Positions 37,811-48,800 of a stretch of 58,005 nucleotides of DNA are shown here, one piece after another (position 1 is the stretch's first letter; each line of letters opens with the position of its first letter). The notes under the pieces were generated by a model that had not been told where the DNA came from, made no database searches, and saw nothing but the letters and a program-made list of their open reading frames with translations. Source of the stretch: Chitinophagaceae bacterium (GTDB taxonomy: Bacteria > Bacteroidota > Bacteroidia > Chitinophagales > Chitinophagaceae). The position numbers and the translations under genes were made by a program. Location: assembly GCA_035439185.1 (NCBI GenBank), contig DAORJS010000001.1, positions 1 through 58,005 on the forward strand, written 5' to 3'.

Positions 37811-38869
37811 TTGAACAGCCATTTTCCCATATATATTATTGGTGCCGGAGGCATTGTGAATGATGCCCACCTGCCGGCTTATCAATTGGCGGGATTCAAT
37901 GTGCAAGGGATCGTTGATATCAATCCGGAAAAAGCCAGAGCAACGGCGGAACGGTTTTCTATTCCCAATTGTTATGCTTCAATAGAAGCATTACTCCAGG
38001 TGGCACCGGCTAATGCCATCTTTGATCTGGCTGTGCCCGGTTCACAGATTATTCCTGTACTCTCCATTTTACCGGAAAAAGCAGCTGTGCTGATTCAGAA
38101 ACCAATGGGCGAGAATTTTCAACAGGCGAGTGAAATACTGAAACTGGTGAAAAAGAAGGAACAATTAGCCGCCGTTAATTTCCAGTTACGGTATGCTCCA
38201 TATATTCTTACGGCCAAAGACCTGCTGGCGGGTGGATTGCTTGGTGAAATATATGATATCGAAATTAATGTGAATGTGTACACGCCCTGGCAGCTCTGGG
38301 ATTTTTTGTTTACATCTCAACGGGTTGAAATCCTATATCATAGTATTCACTATATCGATCTGGTCCGGAACCTGCTCGGTAATCCGGTTTCGGTTTATGC
38401 CAAAACCACCAGGCATCCATCCATGCCACAATTAGCGTCTGTAAGAAGTAATATCATTATGGATTATGGAGAAATGGTGGCGGCCAATATCCTGACCAAC
38501 CATTGTCATAACTATGGTACACCCAAACAACAGTCTTATATCAAGATAGAAGGCAGTAAGGGTGCAGTCAAGATCAGTTTTGGGGCCTTGATTGATTACC
38601 CGAGAGGATCGGCCGACAGTTTTGAATATGTATTACTCGAAGAAGGAAAGGAGCCTGAATGGAGAGAAATTAAAGTGGAAGGCAGCTGGTTTCCACATGC
38701 ATTCATCGGCAGTATGTCGCAACTAATGCTGGCCGCTGAAGGGAGTGTTGCAGCACCCGATAACAGTGCAGATGATTGTATTCATACCATGGCCTGTGTG
38801 GAAGCGGCGTATTTGTCCAGTGAACAGGGAGGGATCAGTATCAGCAGTATCGGTGGAAAAATATTATAA
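37811..38869 (+). CDS. Gfo/Idh/MocA-family NAD(P)-dependent sugar dehydrogenase
   Basis: GAGGIV..AHLPAY, QKPMG, NFQLRY, EILYHSIHYID, TMACVEAAYLS; TTG start. Confidence 0.88.
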   Translation: MNSHFPIYIIGAGGIVNDAHLPAYQLAGFNVQGIVDINPEKARATAERFSIPNCYASIEALLQVAPANAIFDLAVPGSQIIPVLSILPEKAAVLIQKPMGENFQQASEILKLVKKKEQLAAVNFQLRYAPYILTAKDLLAGGLLGEIYDIEINVNVYTPWQLWDFLFTSQRVEILYHSIHYIDLVRNLLGNPVSVYAKTTRHPSMPQLASVRSNIIMDYGEMVAANILTNHCHNYGTPKQQSYIKIEGSKGAVKISFGALIDYPRGSADSFEYVLLEEGKEPEWREIKVEGSWFPHAFIGSMSQLMLAAEGSVAAPDNSADDCIHTMACVEAAYLSSEQGGISISSIGGKIL

Positions 38870-38879
38870 TTTACAAGGA

Positions 38880-40268
38880 ATGAAATTTTGCCTCCACATT
38901 TTCTGTTTTTGCTGTTTCAGTGCAGCCGGTGCACAATTGCCGGCTTTTCCGGGCGCGGAAGGATTCGGTCGTTATGCTACCGGGGGACGGGGCGGACAGG
39001 TAGTGAAAGTCACCAACCTGAACGATAGCGGCGAAGGAAGTTTTCGCTGGGCACTCACCCAATTTCCCGATGAACCATTAACTGTGATCTTTACGGTAGG
39101 CGGCCTGATTGAATTGCAGTCGAATATTGCAGTAAAAAGAAGCAACCTGACCATTGCCGGACAAACAGCACCGGGAGATGGGATCTGTCTGAAAAATTAT
39201 TCCTTCATAGTTAACGGGGCATCTGCCAAAGGCAATCATGGCAATATAATCATTCGGTTTATCCGGAGCCGCCCGGGAGGCATTGATAAAAAAGGTCTCT
39301 ATGGTTTTGATATGGAGAACTGTCATGATGTGATCATTGATCATTGCAGTTTCAGCTGGGCCAATGAAGAGTGTGCCGCCATGTATGATACAAAAAACAC
39401 AAGTTTTCAGTGGTGTATTGTTAGCGAAGGATTATACAGTGCCGGTCACATGAAGGGCAATCGTTCTTATGGCGGCGTATGGGGCGGACAAAATGCCAGT
39501 TATCATCATAACCTGATTGCCCATCAGAATAACCGCGCCGCCAGATTTAACGGAGCCAGGGCGCATGATACCATTGCGTTGGTGGATTATAGAAACAATG
39601 TAATTTATAACTGGGGTAATGCCAATGCCTGTTATGGAGGAGAGGTAAATATTGCCGGTGGAAAATCGCAGGTTAATCTCATCAATAATTATTATAAACC
39701 CGGTCCGGCGGCTCCCGTGGAATTGAAATTTGTACATGCTTCTTACCAGAAAGAAAACAGCAAGGGTACGGGCGAATGGTATGCAGAAGGGAATATCATG
39801 GAAGGTGAAAGTTACCTGACTAAGAAAAATAAAAGAGGGATTGATCTGGCTGAGGCCGGTTTTCCTTCGAACGCCATAAAAGATGAACCCTTTGCTGTAG
39901 CAGTACCCATCACCTTACAATCAGCTAAAGATGCTTATGAATCCGTGTTGAAAAATGCAGGAGCCTGTTTACCTAAAAGAGATGCTGTGGATGAAAGAGT
40001 GATTCTGGAAACAAGAACCGGTACCGCAAGCGGCAAAGGTGTTTTTGGTAAGCCTGGTATCATTGATCTGCCCTATGCGGTGGGCGGATGGCCGGTTTAT
40101 CAGTCTGGTCCCGCTCCTGCAGATAAAGACGGAGATGGTATGCCTGATGACTGGGAAATAAAGAAAGGATTAAACCCCAATGATGCCGCCGACAGAAATC
40201 AAAAAGATAAAACCGGTTACACCATGCTGGAAATCTGGTTAAATGAAATAACCGGACCACTGAAGTAA
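38880..40268 (+). CDS. PL1 pectate lyase (Bacteroidetes type)
   Basis: LPAFPGAEGFG..TGGRGG, VTNLNDSGEGS, TIAGQTAPGDGI, IIDHCSFSW, HHNLIAH, NNVIYNWG, C-terminal DKDGDGMPDDWE. Start 38880 with signal peptide. Confidence 0.9.
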   Translation: MKFCLHIFCFCCFSAAGAQLPAFPGAEGFGRYATGGRGGQVVKVTNLNDSGEGSFRWALTQFPDEPLTVIFTVGGLIELQSNIAVKRSNLTIAGQTAPGDGICLKNYSFIVNGASAKGNHGNIIIRFIRSRPGGIDKKGLYGFDMENCHDVIIDHCSFSWANEECAAMYDTKNTSFQWCIVSEGLYSAGHMKGNRSYGGVWGGQNASYHHNLIAHQNNRAARFNGARAHDTIALVDYRNNVIYNWGNANACYGGEVNIAGGKSQVNLINNYYKPGPAAPVELKFVHASYQKENSKGTGEWYAEGNIMEGESYLTKKNKRGIDLAEAGFPSNAIKDEPFAVAVPITLQSAKDAYESVLKNAGACLPKRDAVDERVILETRTGTASGKGVFGKPGIIDLPYAVGGWPVYQSGPAPADKDGDGMPDDWEIKKGLNPNDAADRNQKDKTGYTMLEIWLNEITGPLK

Positions 40269-40296
40269 GCAGTGATCCGCTCCCATCCATAGTCGC

Positions 40297-42978
40297 ATGA
40301 AAAAAAAATTGCTTTTCCTCTTTTTATTATGTAGTCTCTTTGCAAAAGCACAGGTACTGATTCATGATGGCGTGAAGTCACCACGTACTAAATACGGACA
40401 GGAGCGGCTTGAAGCCGTCATTAAAAAGCACCGGCTGGACAAACAAAAAGTTGCCATTTTTTTATTGCAACCTATTCCGGCAGCGCTTCTCAAACCCTCC
40501 GATGTCCGGGATACTGCCCGGGAAGGATTTTCAATTGACTGCAGTAGCGGAAGTATCAAAATCACCGGGAATGATGAAACCGGTATTTTGTATGCCTGTC
40601 TGGAGCTGGCAGAAAGAATTGACCGGGAGAAAAAATTTCCGGATAACTGGAAGATAAAGGATGCTCCCGAAATGGTACTGCGCGGACAGTGTATCGGTTT
40701 ACAGAAGCCCTATTATCTTCCCGGCAGAAATGTTTACGAGTATCCTTATACCCCCGAAACCTTTCCCTGGTTTTACAATAAGCAACTCTGGATACAGGTT
40801 CTTGATTCGATGGTGAATAACCGGATGAATTCACTTTATCTCTGGAACGGTCATCCCTTTGCTTCGCTGGTAAAACTGAAAGATTATCCCTATGCCCTGG
40901 AAGTAGATGACAGTACTTTTAAAAAGAATGAAGAAATCTATCGCTTCCTCACCACGGAAGCAGATAAGAGAGGCATCTGGGTGATACAGATGTTTTATAA
41001 TATCATCGTGTCGAAACCATTTGCTGATAAAAATAAAATCAAAACCCAGGAAAGGGAAAGACCCATTATCCCACTCATTGCTGATTATACCCGTAAATCA
41101 ATTGCCGCATTTGTAGAGAAATATCCTAATGTGGGTCTGATGGTTTGTCTGGGCGAAGCCATGCAGGGAACAGGACCTGATGATATTGAATGGTTCACAA
41201 AGACCATTATCCCTGGTGTAAAGGATGGACTAAAGGCCTTGGGCAAAAAAACAGAACCACCGATAGTATTAAGAGCGCATGATACGGATGCACCTTCAGT
41301 AATGAAAGCCGCATTGCCCCTTTATAAAAACTTATATACAGAAGCCAAGTTCAACGGAGAAGCCCTGACTTATGCACGCCCCCGCGGCAGCTGGGCCGAA
41401 CTGCACCAGACCCTGAGTAAACTGGGCTCTGTGCAGATCGAGAATGTACATATCCTCGCCAATCTTGAACCCTTTCGTTATGGTTCACCCGATTTTATTC
41501 AGCAAAGCGTGATCGGTATGCATGAAGTGATGGGAGGAAACGGATTGCATTTGTATCCGCAGGCTTCTTATTGGGACTGGCCCTATACTGCAGACAGGCT
41601 TACAGGCGGCAGAAGATTATTGCAGATTGAACGCGACTGGATCTGGTACAAAGCCTGGGCCCGTTATGCCTGGAAGGCTAAAAGAAACCGCGAAGAAGAA
41701 ATGAATTACTGGGCGCAACTGCTCGCAAATAAATATGGTTGCACTTTTCAAGATGGGTTTTGGATATTAAAATCTTATGAAGAGACGGGTGAAATTGCTC
41801 CTAAACTGTTAAGAAGATTTGGCATTACCGATGGTAACCGGCAAACCTTAACACTGGGTATGCTGATGACCCAGTTAATCAATCCCTATCGGTACGGATT
41901 ATTTACTTTATTATATGATGCAGAAGCACCCGAGGGAGAGATGCTGCTTGATTATGCAGATAAACAGGCAAAGGGTCTCCCGGTTAAAGGTGAAACACCG
42001 CCACAGATTATCATGGAAGTCAGGAGGCATGCTGATATGGCCAGAGAAGTCATTTATTCGGTAAAGCCAACAAAAAATAAGGCGGAGTTCGCCAGACTGA
42101 AAAATGATATTCTCGCTTATCATGCCATGGCCTGGTTCTATTCACAGAAGGCAGAAGCCGCCCTTCAGGCTTTGCGTTACAAATACACAAACGATATACA
42201 GGATCTGGATAATGCTGCCCGTTCACTTCGGGAAAGTATGGTGAGTTTTAACCGCCTGGTATCATTGACCCGGTACAATTACCGGTATGCCAACAGCATG
42301 CAAACCCAGCAAAGAAAAATTCCCATGCGGGGGGTGGATGGTACCTATAAACACTGGAAGGAGATGCTGCCGGTCTACCAATTGGAACTGAAAACATTTG
42401 AACGCAAAATTGATTCACTTAAAAATCAAAAGGGGAAAAGTCAAACTTCAACGATTGTATTTGAAAATACAATTGTAAAACTGGATGGCGCAAAAGTGAA
42501 GCTTGAAAAGGGAGTCTCTCTTTTTTCCGATACAACATTGGTCGTGAAAGAGTATGCACCTGCGCTGAATGGTCTATGGGCTTTACAACTCCCTTTTAGT
42601 CAGATGATGCAAAAAGGAACTGAAATAACGTTCTCCACCGATCAACCCGTGAAAATTCTGGTGGGTTATTTTAAAAAGCCAAGAACCGCTTTTAGTACTG
42701 ACTCCGTTTTTTTAAAAGCACCTGAACTGGAGACCAACGCCAGTGCAGATGATCACGGACAGGCCGAGATTAAAATCTCCAATGCCCTGGCAATAGAGGG
42801 AATGCCTCCGGTGAATATTCATACTTATCGGTTTAATAAAGGCTCACATGTACTGAAACTTGAAAAAGGGGTTTGTCTCGTACTTGGTTTTATTAATGGC
42901 GATACGGTGGTTCCGGTTTATGATGCAGGAAAGCTGTCAGATCAGAAAAGCAGGAATATAGACTGGTTGTTTGAATAA
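40297..42978 (+). CDS. GH138 alpha-D-galacturonidase (BT0997-like, RG-II)
   Basis: Recalled similarity: GLQKPYYLPGR.VYEYPYTPETFPWFY, NSLYLWNGHPF, PPIVLRAHD, NVHILANLEPFRYG, FGITDGNRQT. Confidence 0.8.
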   Translation: MKKKLLFLFLLCSLFAKAQVLIHDGVKSPRTKYGQERLEAVIKKHRLDKQKVAIFLLQPIPAALLKPSDVRDTAREGFSIDCSSGSIKITGNDETGILYACLELAERIDREKKFPDNWKIKDAPEMVLRGQCIGLQKPYYLPGRNVYEYPYTPETFPWFYNKQLWIQVLDSMVNNRMNSLYLWNGHPFASLVKLKDYPYALEVDDSTFKKNEEIYRFLTTEADKRGIWVIQMFYNIIVSKPFADKNKIKTQERERPIIPLIADYTRKSIAAFVEKYPNVGLMVCLGEAMQGTGPDDIEWFTKTIIPGVKDGLKALGKKTEPPIVLRAHDTDAPSVMKAALPLYKNLYTEAKFNGEALTYARPRGSWAELHQTLSKLGSVQIENVHILANLEPFRYGSPDFIQQSVIGMHEVMGGNGLHLYPQASYWDWPYTADRLTGGRRLLQIERDWIWYKAWARYAWKAKRNREEEMNYWAQLLANKYGCTFQDGFWILKSYEETGEIAPKLLRRFGITDGNRQTLTLGMLMTQLINPYRYGLFTLLYDAEAPEGEMLLDYADKQAKGLPVKGETPPQIIMEVRRHADMAREVIYSVKPTKNKAEFARLKNDILAYHAMAWFYSQKAEAALQALRYKYTNDIQDLDNAARSLRESMVSFNRLVSLTRYNYRYANSMQTQQRKIPMRGVDGTYKHWKEMLPVYQLELKTFERKIDSLKNQKGKSQTSTIVFENTIVKLDGAKVKLEKGVSLFSDTTLVVKEYAPALNGLWALQLPFSQMMQKGTEITFSTDQPVKILVGYFKKPRTAFSTDSVFLKAPELETNASADDHGQAEIKISNALAIEGMPPVNIHTYRFNKGSHVLKLEKGVCLVLGFINGDTVVPVYDAGKLSDQKSRNIDWLFE

Positions 42979-43023
42979 AGGCTGAATTATTTCAAAGATA
43001 TCATCATTTAATTCATTTATATA

Positions 43024-45825
43024 ATGCAGAGAAACCGCTGGATTTTATTATGGACAATTTTATTGTGTTCAGGTATCATCAAAGCACAGGACCTGAAACT
43101 CTGGTACCGGCAACCGGCGATGAAATGGACCGAAGCCCTGCCCATTGGTAATGGTCGTTTGGGCGCCATGGTTTTTGGTGGCGTGGAAAATGAACAACTG
43201 CAGTTCAATGAAGAAACACTTTGGTCGGGTGAACCAAGAACCTATAGCCGTCCGGGTGCTTATCGCTATCTGGATTCAATCAGGCAATTGCTTTTTGCCG
43301 GTAAGCAAAAAGAAGCCGAAGCGCTGGCAGAAAAAGAATTCATGGGTACGAAGAGTTTTGAAGCCGAACGTTCTGCCTGGGTCAATGCTTCCACAGCGGA
43401 TAAAAAATATGCAGCGCCTGATTTTGATGATAGCCAATGGAAAACGATGTACGTACCCAGCTGGGATGGCTGGGAAACCGTGGGCTTTGGCGGATTGGAC
43501 GGAGCTGTTTGGCTACGTACCAGTTTTATTTTACCCGATAACTGGCAGGAATCAGATATGATTGCCGATTTCAACCGGATCCGCGATCATGATTATACCT
43601 ATGTGAATGGCGTGCTGGTGGGTAGTCAGCAAAACACCGAAGGCAGAAAATACAAAGTGGCCAGGAACCTGTTGCACAAAGGAAAGAACAGTATCGCCAT
43701 TCTTGTTTTGAATTTTTTTGATAAGGGTGGTATTTATGGTTACAAGGATACCAGTATTCATATTGGCATTTATCCGGAAGGAAAAGAGAAAGAAAAAATT
43801 GAACTGGCAGGACAGTGGAAATATTATGTTGTGAATGATAACCCGCCGCCGGTGGGGGTGTATCAGGCCAGTTACCAGCCATTTGGCGATCTCTACCTGT
43901 TGTTTCCGCATACCGGAGCCGTCAGTAATTACCGGAGAGAACTTGATATCAGCACCGCCGTTGCCAGTACTACTTATACTTATGATAGCATCAGCTATAA
44001 AAGGGAGTATTTTGTATCAGCACCTGATCAGGCCATTGTTACGCAATTAACTGCCAGTAAAAAAGCCACCATCAGTTGCAAGGTAATGATGAGCAGTCCG
44101 CACCGGAACTATACCATTGATAAATTCGACAATAATACACTGGTGCTATCGGTAAAAGTCAGAACCGGTGCCATGCAAGGCAAAAGTTATATCAGGGTCA
44201 TCACCAAAGGCGGAAAAATTTCTTTTGACAGTACCCAACTGGTCATTGATAAAGCGGATGAGGCCACGATTTATGTAACGGCGGGTACCAATTTTAAAAA
44301 TTATAAAGAGATCAGTGCCGATCCAGCAGCAGCTTGTACAAAAGCCCTGCAATCGCTGAAGGGGAAAACCTTTGCACAGATTAAAGCAGCCCATATCAGT
44401 GAATACAAAAAATGGTTTAATACATTTTCTATCCGGTTGGGAACAGCCGTTACTGATCAGTCAGCGATTGCTGTCAAAGCTTCTACTGATGAAAGACTGG
44501 CAGATTTTTCAAAAGGAAAGGATCCATCCTTTGCTGCTTTGTACCTGCAGTACGGTCGCTATCTGTTAATTGCTTCTTCACGTCCCGGTACCAGACCTGC
44601 TAATCTGCAGGGGATATGGAACGACCTGATCAATCCACCCTGGGGCAGCAAGTATACCACCAATATCAATGCGGAAATGAATTACTGGCCGGCTGAGTTA
44701 CTGAACCTCTCTCCCATGCACCAGCCATTATTTGATATGATCACTGAGCTGGCGGAAGCAGGTAAGCAAACGGCAAAGGATCATTATAATGCACCCGGCT
44801 GGGTATTACATCATAATACAGATTTATGGAGAGGCACTGCCCCGATCAATGCCGCTAATCATGGCATCTGGGTAACCGGTGGTGCCTGGTTATGTCAGCA
44901 TTTATGGGAACGCTATCTTTTTACGCAGGATAAAAAATTCCTGTTGGAAAAAGCCTATCCCATCATGAAGGAAGCGGCTTTATTTTTTGATCATTTCCTG
45001 ATCAAAGATCCGGTAAGCGGCTACCTGATCAGTACACCCTCCAACTCACCGGAGCAGGGTGGCTTGGTAGCAGGTCCAGCCATGGATCATCAGATCATCC
45101 GGGCATTATTTCAGAATACCATTCAGGCATCAAGGTTGCTTAAAAAGGATCTGGTATGGACGGCAGCTTTGGAAAATAAAATGAAACAGATTGCCCCGAA
45201 TACTATTGGTCGTCATGGACAATTGCAGGAATGGATGGAAGACAGAGATGATCCCAAAAACAAGCATCGCCATATTTCTCATTTATGGGGGATGTATCCC
45301 GGATCAGCAATCAATTATGATGATTCTCCTTCGATGATGGAAGCAGCTAAACAGTCATTATTGTTCAGAGGAGATGAAGCCACGGGATGGAGCCTCGGCT
45401 GGAAGATTAATTGCTGGGCCCGCTTCAAAGATGCGGAACATGCATTCCGGATGGTTGGCATGTTACTGAGTCCGGTTAAAGGTGGAGCCGGCAGTTATCC
45501 TAATTTGTTTGATGCCCATCCGCCTTTTCAGATTGATGGGAACTTTGGTGGTGCGGCCGGAATCGGGGAAATGCTGGTTCAAAGTCATACCCGATACCTG
45601 GATATATTGCCAGCGCTTCCCGCTGCCTTCAGTGAAGGAGAAGTAAAAGGGATTTGTGCCAGAGGTGGATTTGTGCTGGATATGAAATGGAGCAAGGGCA
45701 AACTGGTACAATTAAAAATCGTTTCGAAAGCAGGACTGCCATTGCAATTAAGATATAATGGGACCATTAAAAAATTCAATACCACTAAAAACGGAACTTA
45801 CATACTGAATGCGGCTTTGCAGTAA
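43024..45825 (+). CDS. GH95 alpha-L-fucosidase/alpha-L-galactosidase with an inserted beta-sandwich domain
   Basis: EALPIGNGRLGAMVFGG, NEETLWSG, YQPFGDL, QYGRYLLIASSR, PANLQGIWN, YTTNINAEMNYW, HRHISHL, HPPFQIDGNFG. Confidence 0.93.
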   Translation: MQRNRWILLWTILLCSGIIKAQDLKLWYRQPAMKWTEALPIGNGRLGAMVFGGVENEQLQFNEETLWSGEPRTYSRPGAYRYLDSIRQLLFAGKQKEAEALAEKEFMGTKSFEAERSAWVNASTADKKYAAPDFDDSQWKTMYVPSWDGWETVGFGGLDGAVWLRTSFILPDNWQESDMIADFNRIRDHDYTYVNGVLVGSQQNTEGRKYKVARNLLHKGKNSIAILVLNFFDKGGIYGYKDTSIHIGIYPEGKEKEKIELAGQWKYYVVNDNPPPVGVYQASYQPFGDLYLLFPHTGAVSNYRRELDISTAVASTTYTYDSISYKREYFVSAPDQAIVTQLTASKKATISCKVMMSSPHRNYTIDKFDNNTLVLSVKVRTGAMQGKSYIRVITKGGKISFDSTQLVIDKADEATIYVTAGTNFKNYKEISADPAAACTKALQSLKGKTFAQIKAAHISEYKKWFNTFSIRLGTAVTDQSAIAVKASTDERLADFSKGKDPSFAALYLQYGRYLLIASSRPGTRPANLQGIWNDLINPPWGSKYTTNINAEMNYWPAELLNLSPMHQPLFDMITELAEAGKQTAKDHYNAPGWVLHHNTDLWRGTAPINAANHGIWVTGGAWLCQHLWERYLFTQDKKFLLEKAYPIMKEAALFFDHFLIKDPVSGYLISTPSNSPEQGGLVAGPAMDHQIIRALFQNTIQASRLLKKDLVWTAALENKMKQIAPNTIGRHGQLQEWMEDRDDPKNKHRHISHLWGMYPGSAINYDDSPSMMEAAKQSLLFRGDEATGWSLGWKINCWARFKDAEHAFRMVGMLLSPVKGGAGSYPNLFDAHPPFQIDGNFGGAAGIGEMLVQSHTRYLDILPALPAAFSEGEVKGICARGGFVLDMKWSKGKLVQLKIVSKAGLPLQLRYNGTIKKFNTTKNGTYILNAALQ

Positions 45826-48800
45826 CTATAAAAAAATATTTCTCCTGCTTTTATTGTTTCAGGGGCTTCATTCATTTGCGCAGCGAAGGGATATATTGCT
45901 GACCGATGGCTGGTATTGTACAGCTTCTCTGGATGATAAGCCTTTACCCAGGAACAAGCTACCGACAAAAGTAGTGTCTGGTTATTGGCAGTCTGTTCAG
46001 ATTCCCCATAATCTGGACAGCTATCATGGTTACCGCCGTTTGTTGCATGGCAACCGGCATGGTGATGCCTGGTACAGGAGAACATTGTACCTGAATGAGT
46101 CCCGGAAAGGCAAACGATATTTTCTCTATTTCGAAGGAGTGGGCTCACATGCACAGGTTTTTGTCAACGATCGGTTGGTGGCCACCCATGCAGGAGGCCG
46201 CACCGGATTTACAGTCGATATCAGTGATTATATCGAATCAACAGAAGCATATAATGAAATCCTGGTTAATACTTCCCATTTATCTGGTATCAGGGATTTG
46301 CCCTGGGTCTGCGGTGGCTGCAGTGAAGAACGTGGTTTTTCAGAAGGGTCACAACCCTTTGGAATTTTCAGACCGGTTCATTTAATTGTAACTAATGATA
46401 TCCGCACTGAACCTTTCGGTGTACATGCCTGGGCAGCAATTAATAAAAATAACGCCAGGCTGCATAGCAACAGTACCATTAAAAATTATTCCGCTCAGCC
46501 AAGAAAAATCCAACTGGAACAACAGCTGCTGAATAAAAGCGGAGTCGTGGTAAACCGGCAATCTGTCAATAAAACATTACAACCATCCGACTCCCTTAAT
46601 ATCCCAATATCTAATATCCCAATATCCAATATCCAGCTCTGGTCTAAGGAAAATCCTTATCTCTATAAAATTGTAACCCTCATTAAAGAGAACGGTAAAA
46701 TCCTGGACCGACTTGAAACTGATTTTGGGTTCCGTACCATCAGCTGGAATGGCCCGAGCAAACAATTTATATTAAATGGTCAACCGGTTTTTCTCAACGG
46801 CATTGCAGAATACGAACACCTGCTGGGACAAAGTCATGCTTTCAGCGATGAGCAAATCAAATCCAGATTGAAATGGATTCAATCAGCAGGATTCAATGCT
46901 TTTCGCGACGGACACCAGCCCCATCATTTATTATATGGAAAGCTGTTTAATCAAAAAGGAATTTTATGGTGGACACAGCTCAGCGCCCATGTCTGGTATG
47001 ATACAAAAGCATTCCGCGACAATTTCAAACAACTGCTGAAAGAATGGGTGATTGAAAGAAGAAATGATCCGGCCGTGATCCTGTGGGGTTTACAGAATGA
47101 AAGTAAACTGCCCAAAGATTTTGCAGAAGAATGCACTGCCTTGATCCGTTCCCTGGATCCAACAGCCTCCTCTCAAAGACTGGTTACCACCTGTAACGGC
47201 GGGGAAGGAACCGATTGGGATGTGCCGCAAAACTGGACAGGAACTTACGGAGGTAACCCTGATGAGTATGCGAAGGATTTAAAAAAGCAGGTGCTGGTAG
47301 GAGAATATGGTGGCTGGAGAAGTATTGACTGGCATTCCGAAAGTGGTTTTGATCCGAATGGCCCGGCCACTGAAGACCGCTTCACGGCATTAATGGAAAA
47401 AAAAATCCGTTTAGCGGAATCTGTCAGGGATAGTGTGGCCGGTCATTTTATGTGGCTGCTCACTTCCCATGATAATCCCGGCAGGGTACAGGGTGGGGAA
47501 GGATTGCGTGATATCGACCGGATTGGTCCGGTGAATTATAAAGGATTGCTCACTCCCTGGGAAGAACCAACGGATGCTTTTTACATGTACCGGAGTAATT
47601 ATGCCAATAAGCTGAAGGAGCCGATGGTATATATTGTATCGCATACCTGGTCTAACCGCTGGGTTGAACCGGGTATTAAAAACGGACTGATTGTCTATTC
47701 CAATTGTGATGAAGTGGAATTGTTCAATGATATGGATGCGGCTTCATTGGGTAAGAAAAGAAGAAATGGCATCGGTACTCATTTTCAATGGGACAGTGTA
47801 CATATCCGCTATAACATATTATATGCAGTGGGATATGTGAATGGAAAGGTGGTGGCAAGAGATACCATCACGCTGATGCATTTGCCCGCGGCCCCGGGAT
47901 ATTCAAAATTGTCGGCGAAGGCCAAAATTGTATATACACCGGAGGCTGGTTACGAATATCTCTACCGGGTGAACTGCGGTGGGCCTGATTATACAGATGG
48001 CTTCGGCCGCATCTGGCAATCCGACCGCGCTTTTGCCAAATCCTGGGGAAATGATTTTGAATATGCCAATCCGCAACTGGCCAGCCAAAGAAGAACATTC
48101 ACCCCACTCCGGAATACAACCGATCAACCACTTTTCCAGACATTCCGTTTTGGAAAAGACCGTCTGCGTTTTCATTTTCCGGTGAGTCCGGGTGAATACC
48201 GGGTGGAATTGTATTTCATCGAACCCTGGCTGGGACTGGGTGGTGGTATGAACGCAACAGGTATGCGGCTCTTTGATGTGGCCATTAATCATAAAACCGT
48301 GATCAATGATCTGGATATCTGGAAAGAAGCCGGTACCCATTCCTTATTGAAAAAAGTAGTGACGGTTTCTGCCGGTGCTGATGGTCTGCTGATTTCATTT
48401 CCCGAAAGCAAGGCCGGACAAGCAGTCATCTCCGCGATTACAATCGCTAAAAAAGAAACAGAAAAAGAAGAATTTCTCACGCAGGAAGGGGAAAAAGCAC
48501 CGATCTACCGGCTGGCATCCTGGCTGGATATCGGTGATAAAATCTATTTTGAAGGGGAAGGGGTCTTTCATCAGTTGCCACCTGTATTATACGGGTCCGA
48601 CTGGATCCGTTTTATTCGCAACGATTCCACTGAAAAAGATACATACACGGTTACCAGAGAAACGGATCTGTATATTGGTGTCCGTGATCTTATGTCACTG
48701 CCGGCAGAGTGGAAGGATTTTGAAACTTTGAATAGCTGGATTGAAACAGCAGAGGGATCATTGGTAAGGTACAGACTGTATAAAAAAAGAATAAAGGCAG

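Noticed and set aside
40300-40308. A9 run at the GH138 start (and another at 23910-23918 in the sialidase) as phase-variation tracts
   Set aside because: Explained by Lys-rich codons (MKKK, EKKR); both frames are intact and such runs are common in this sequence.
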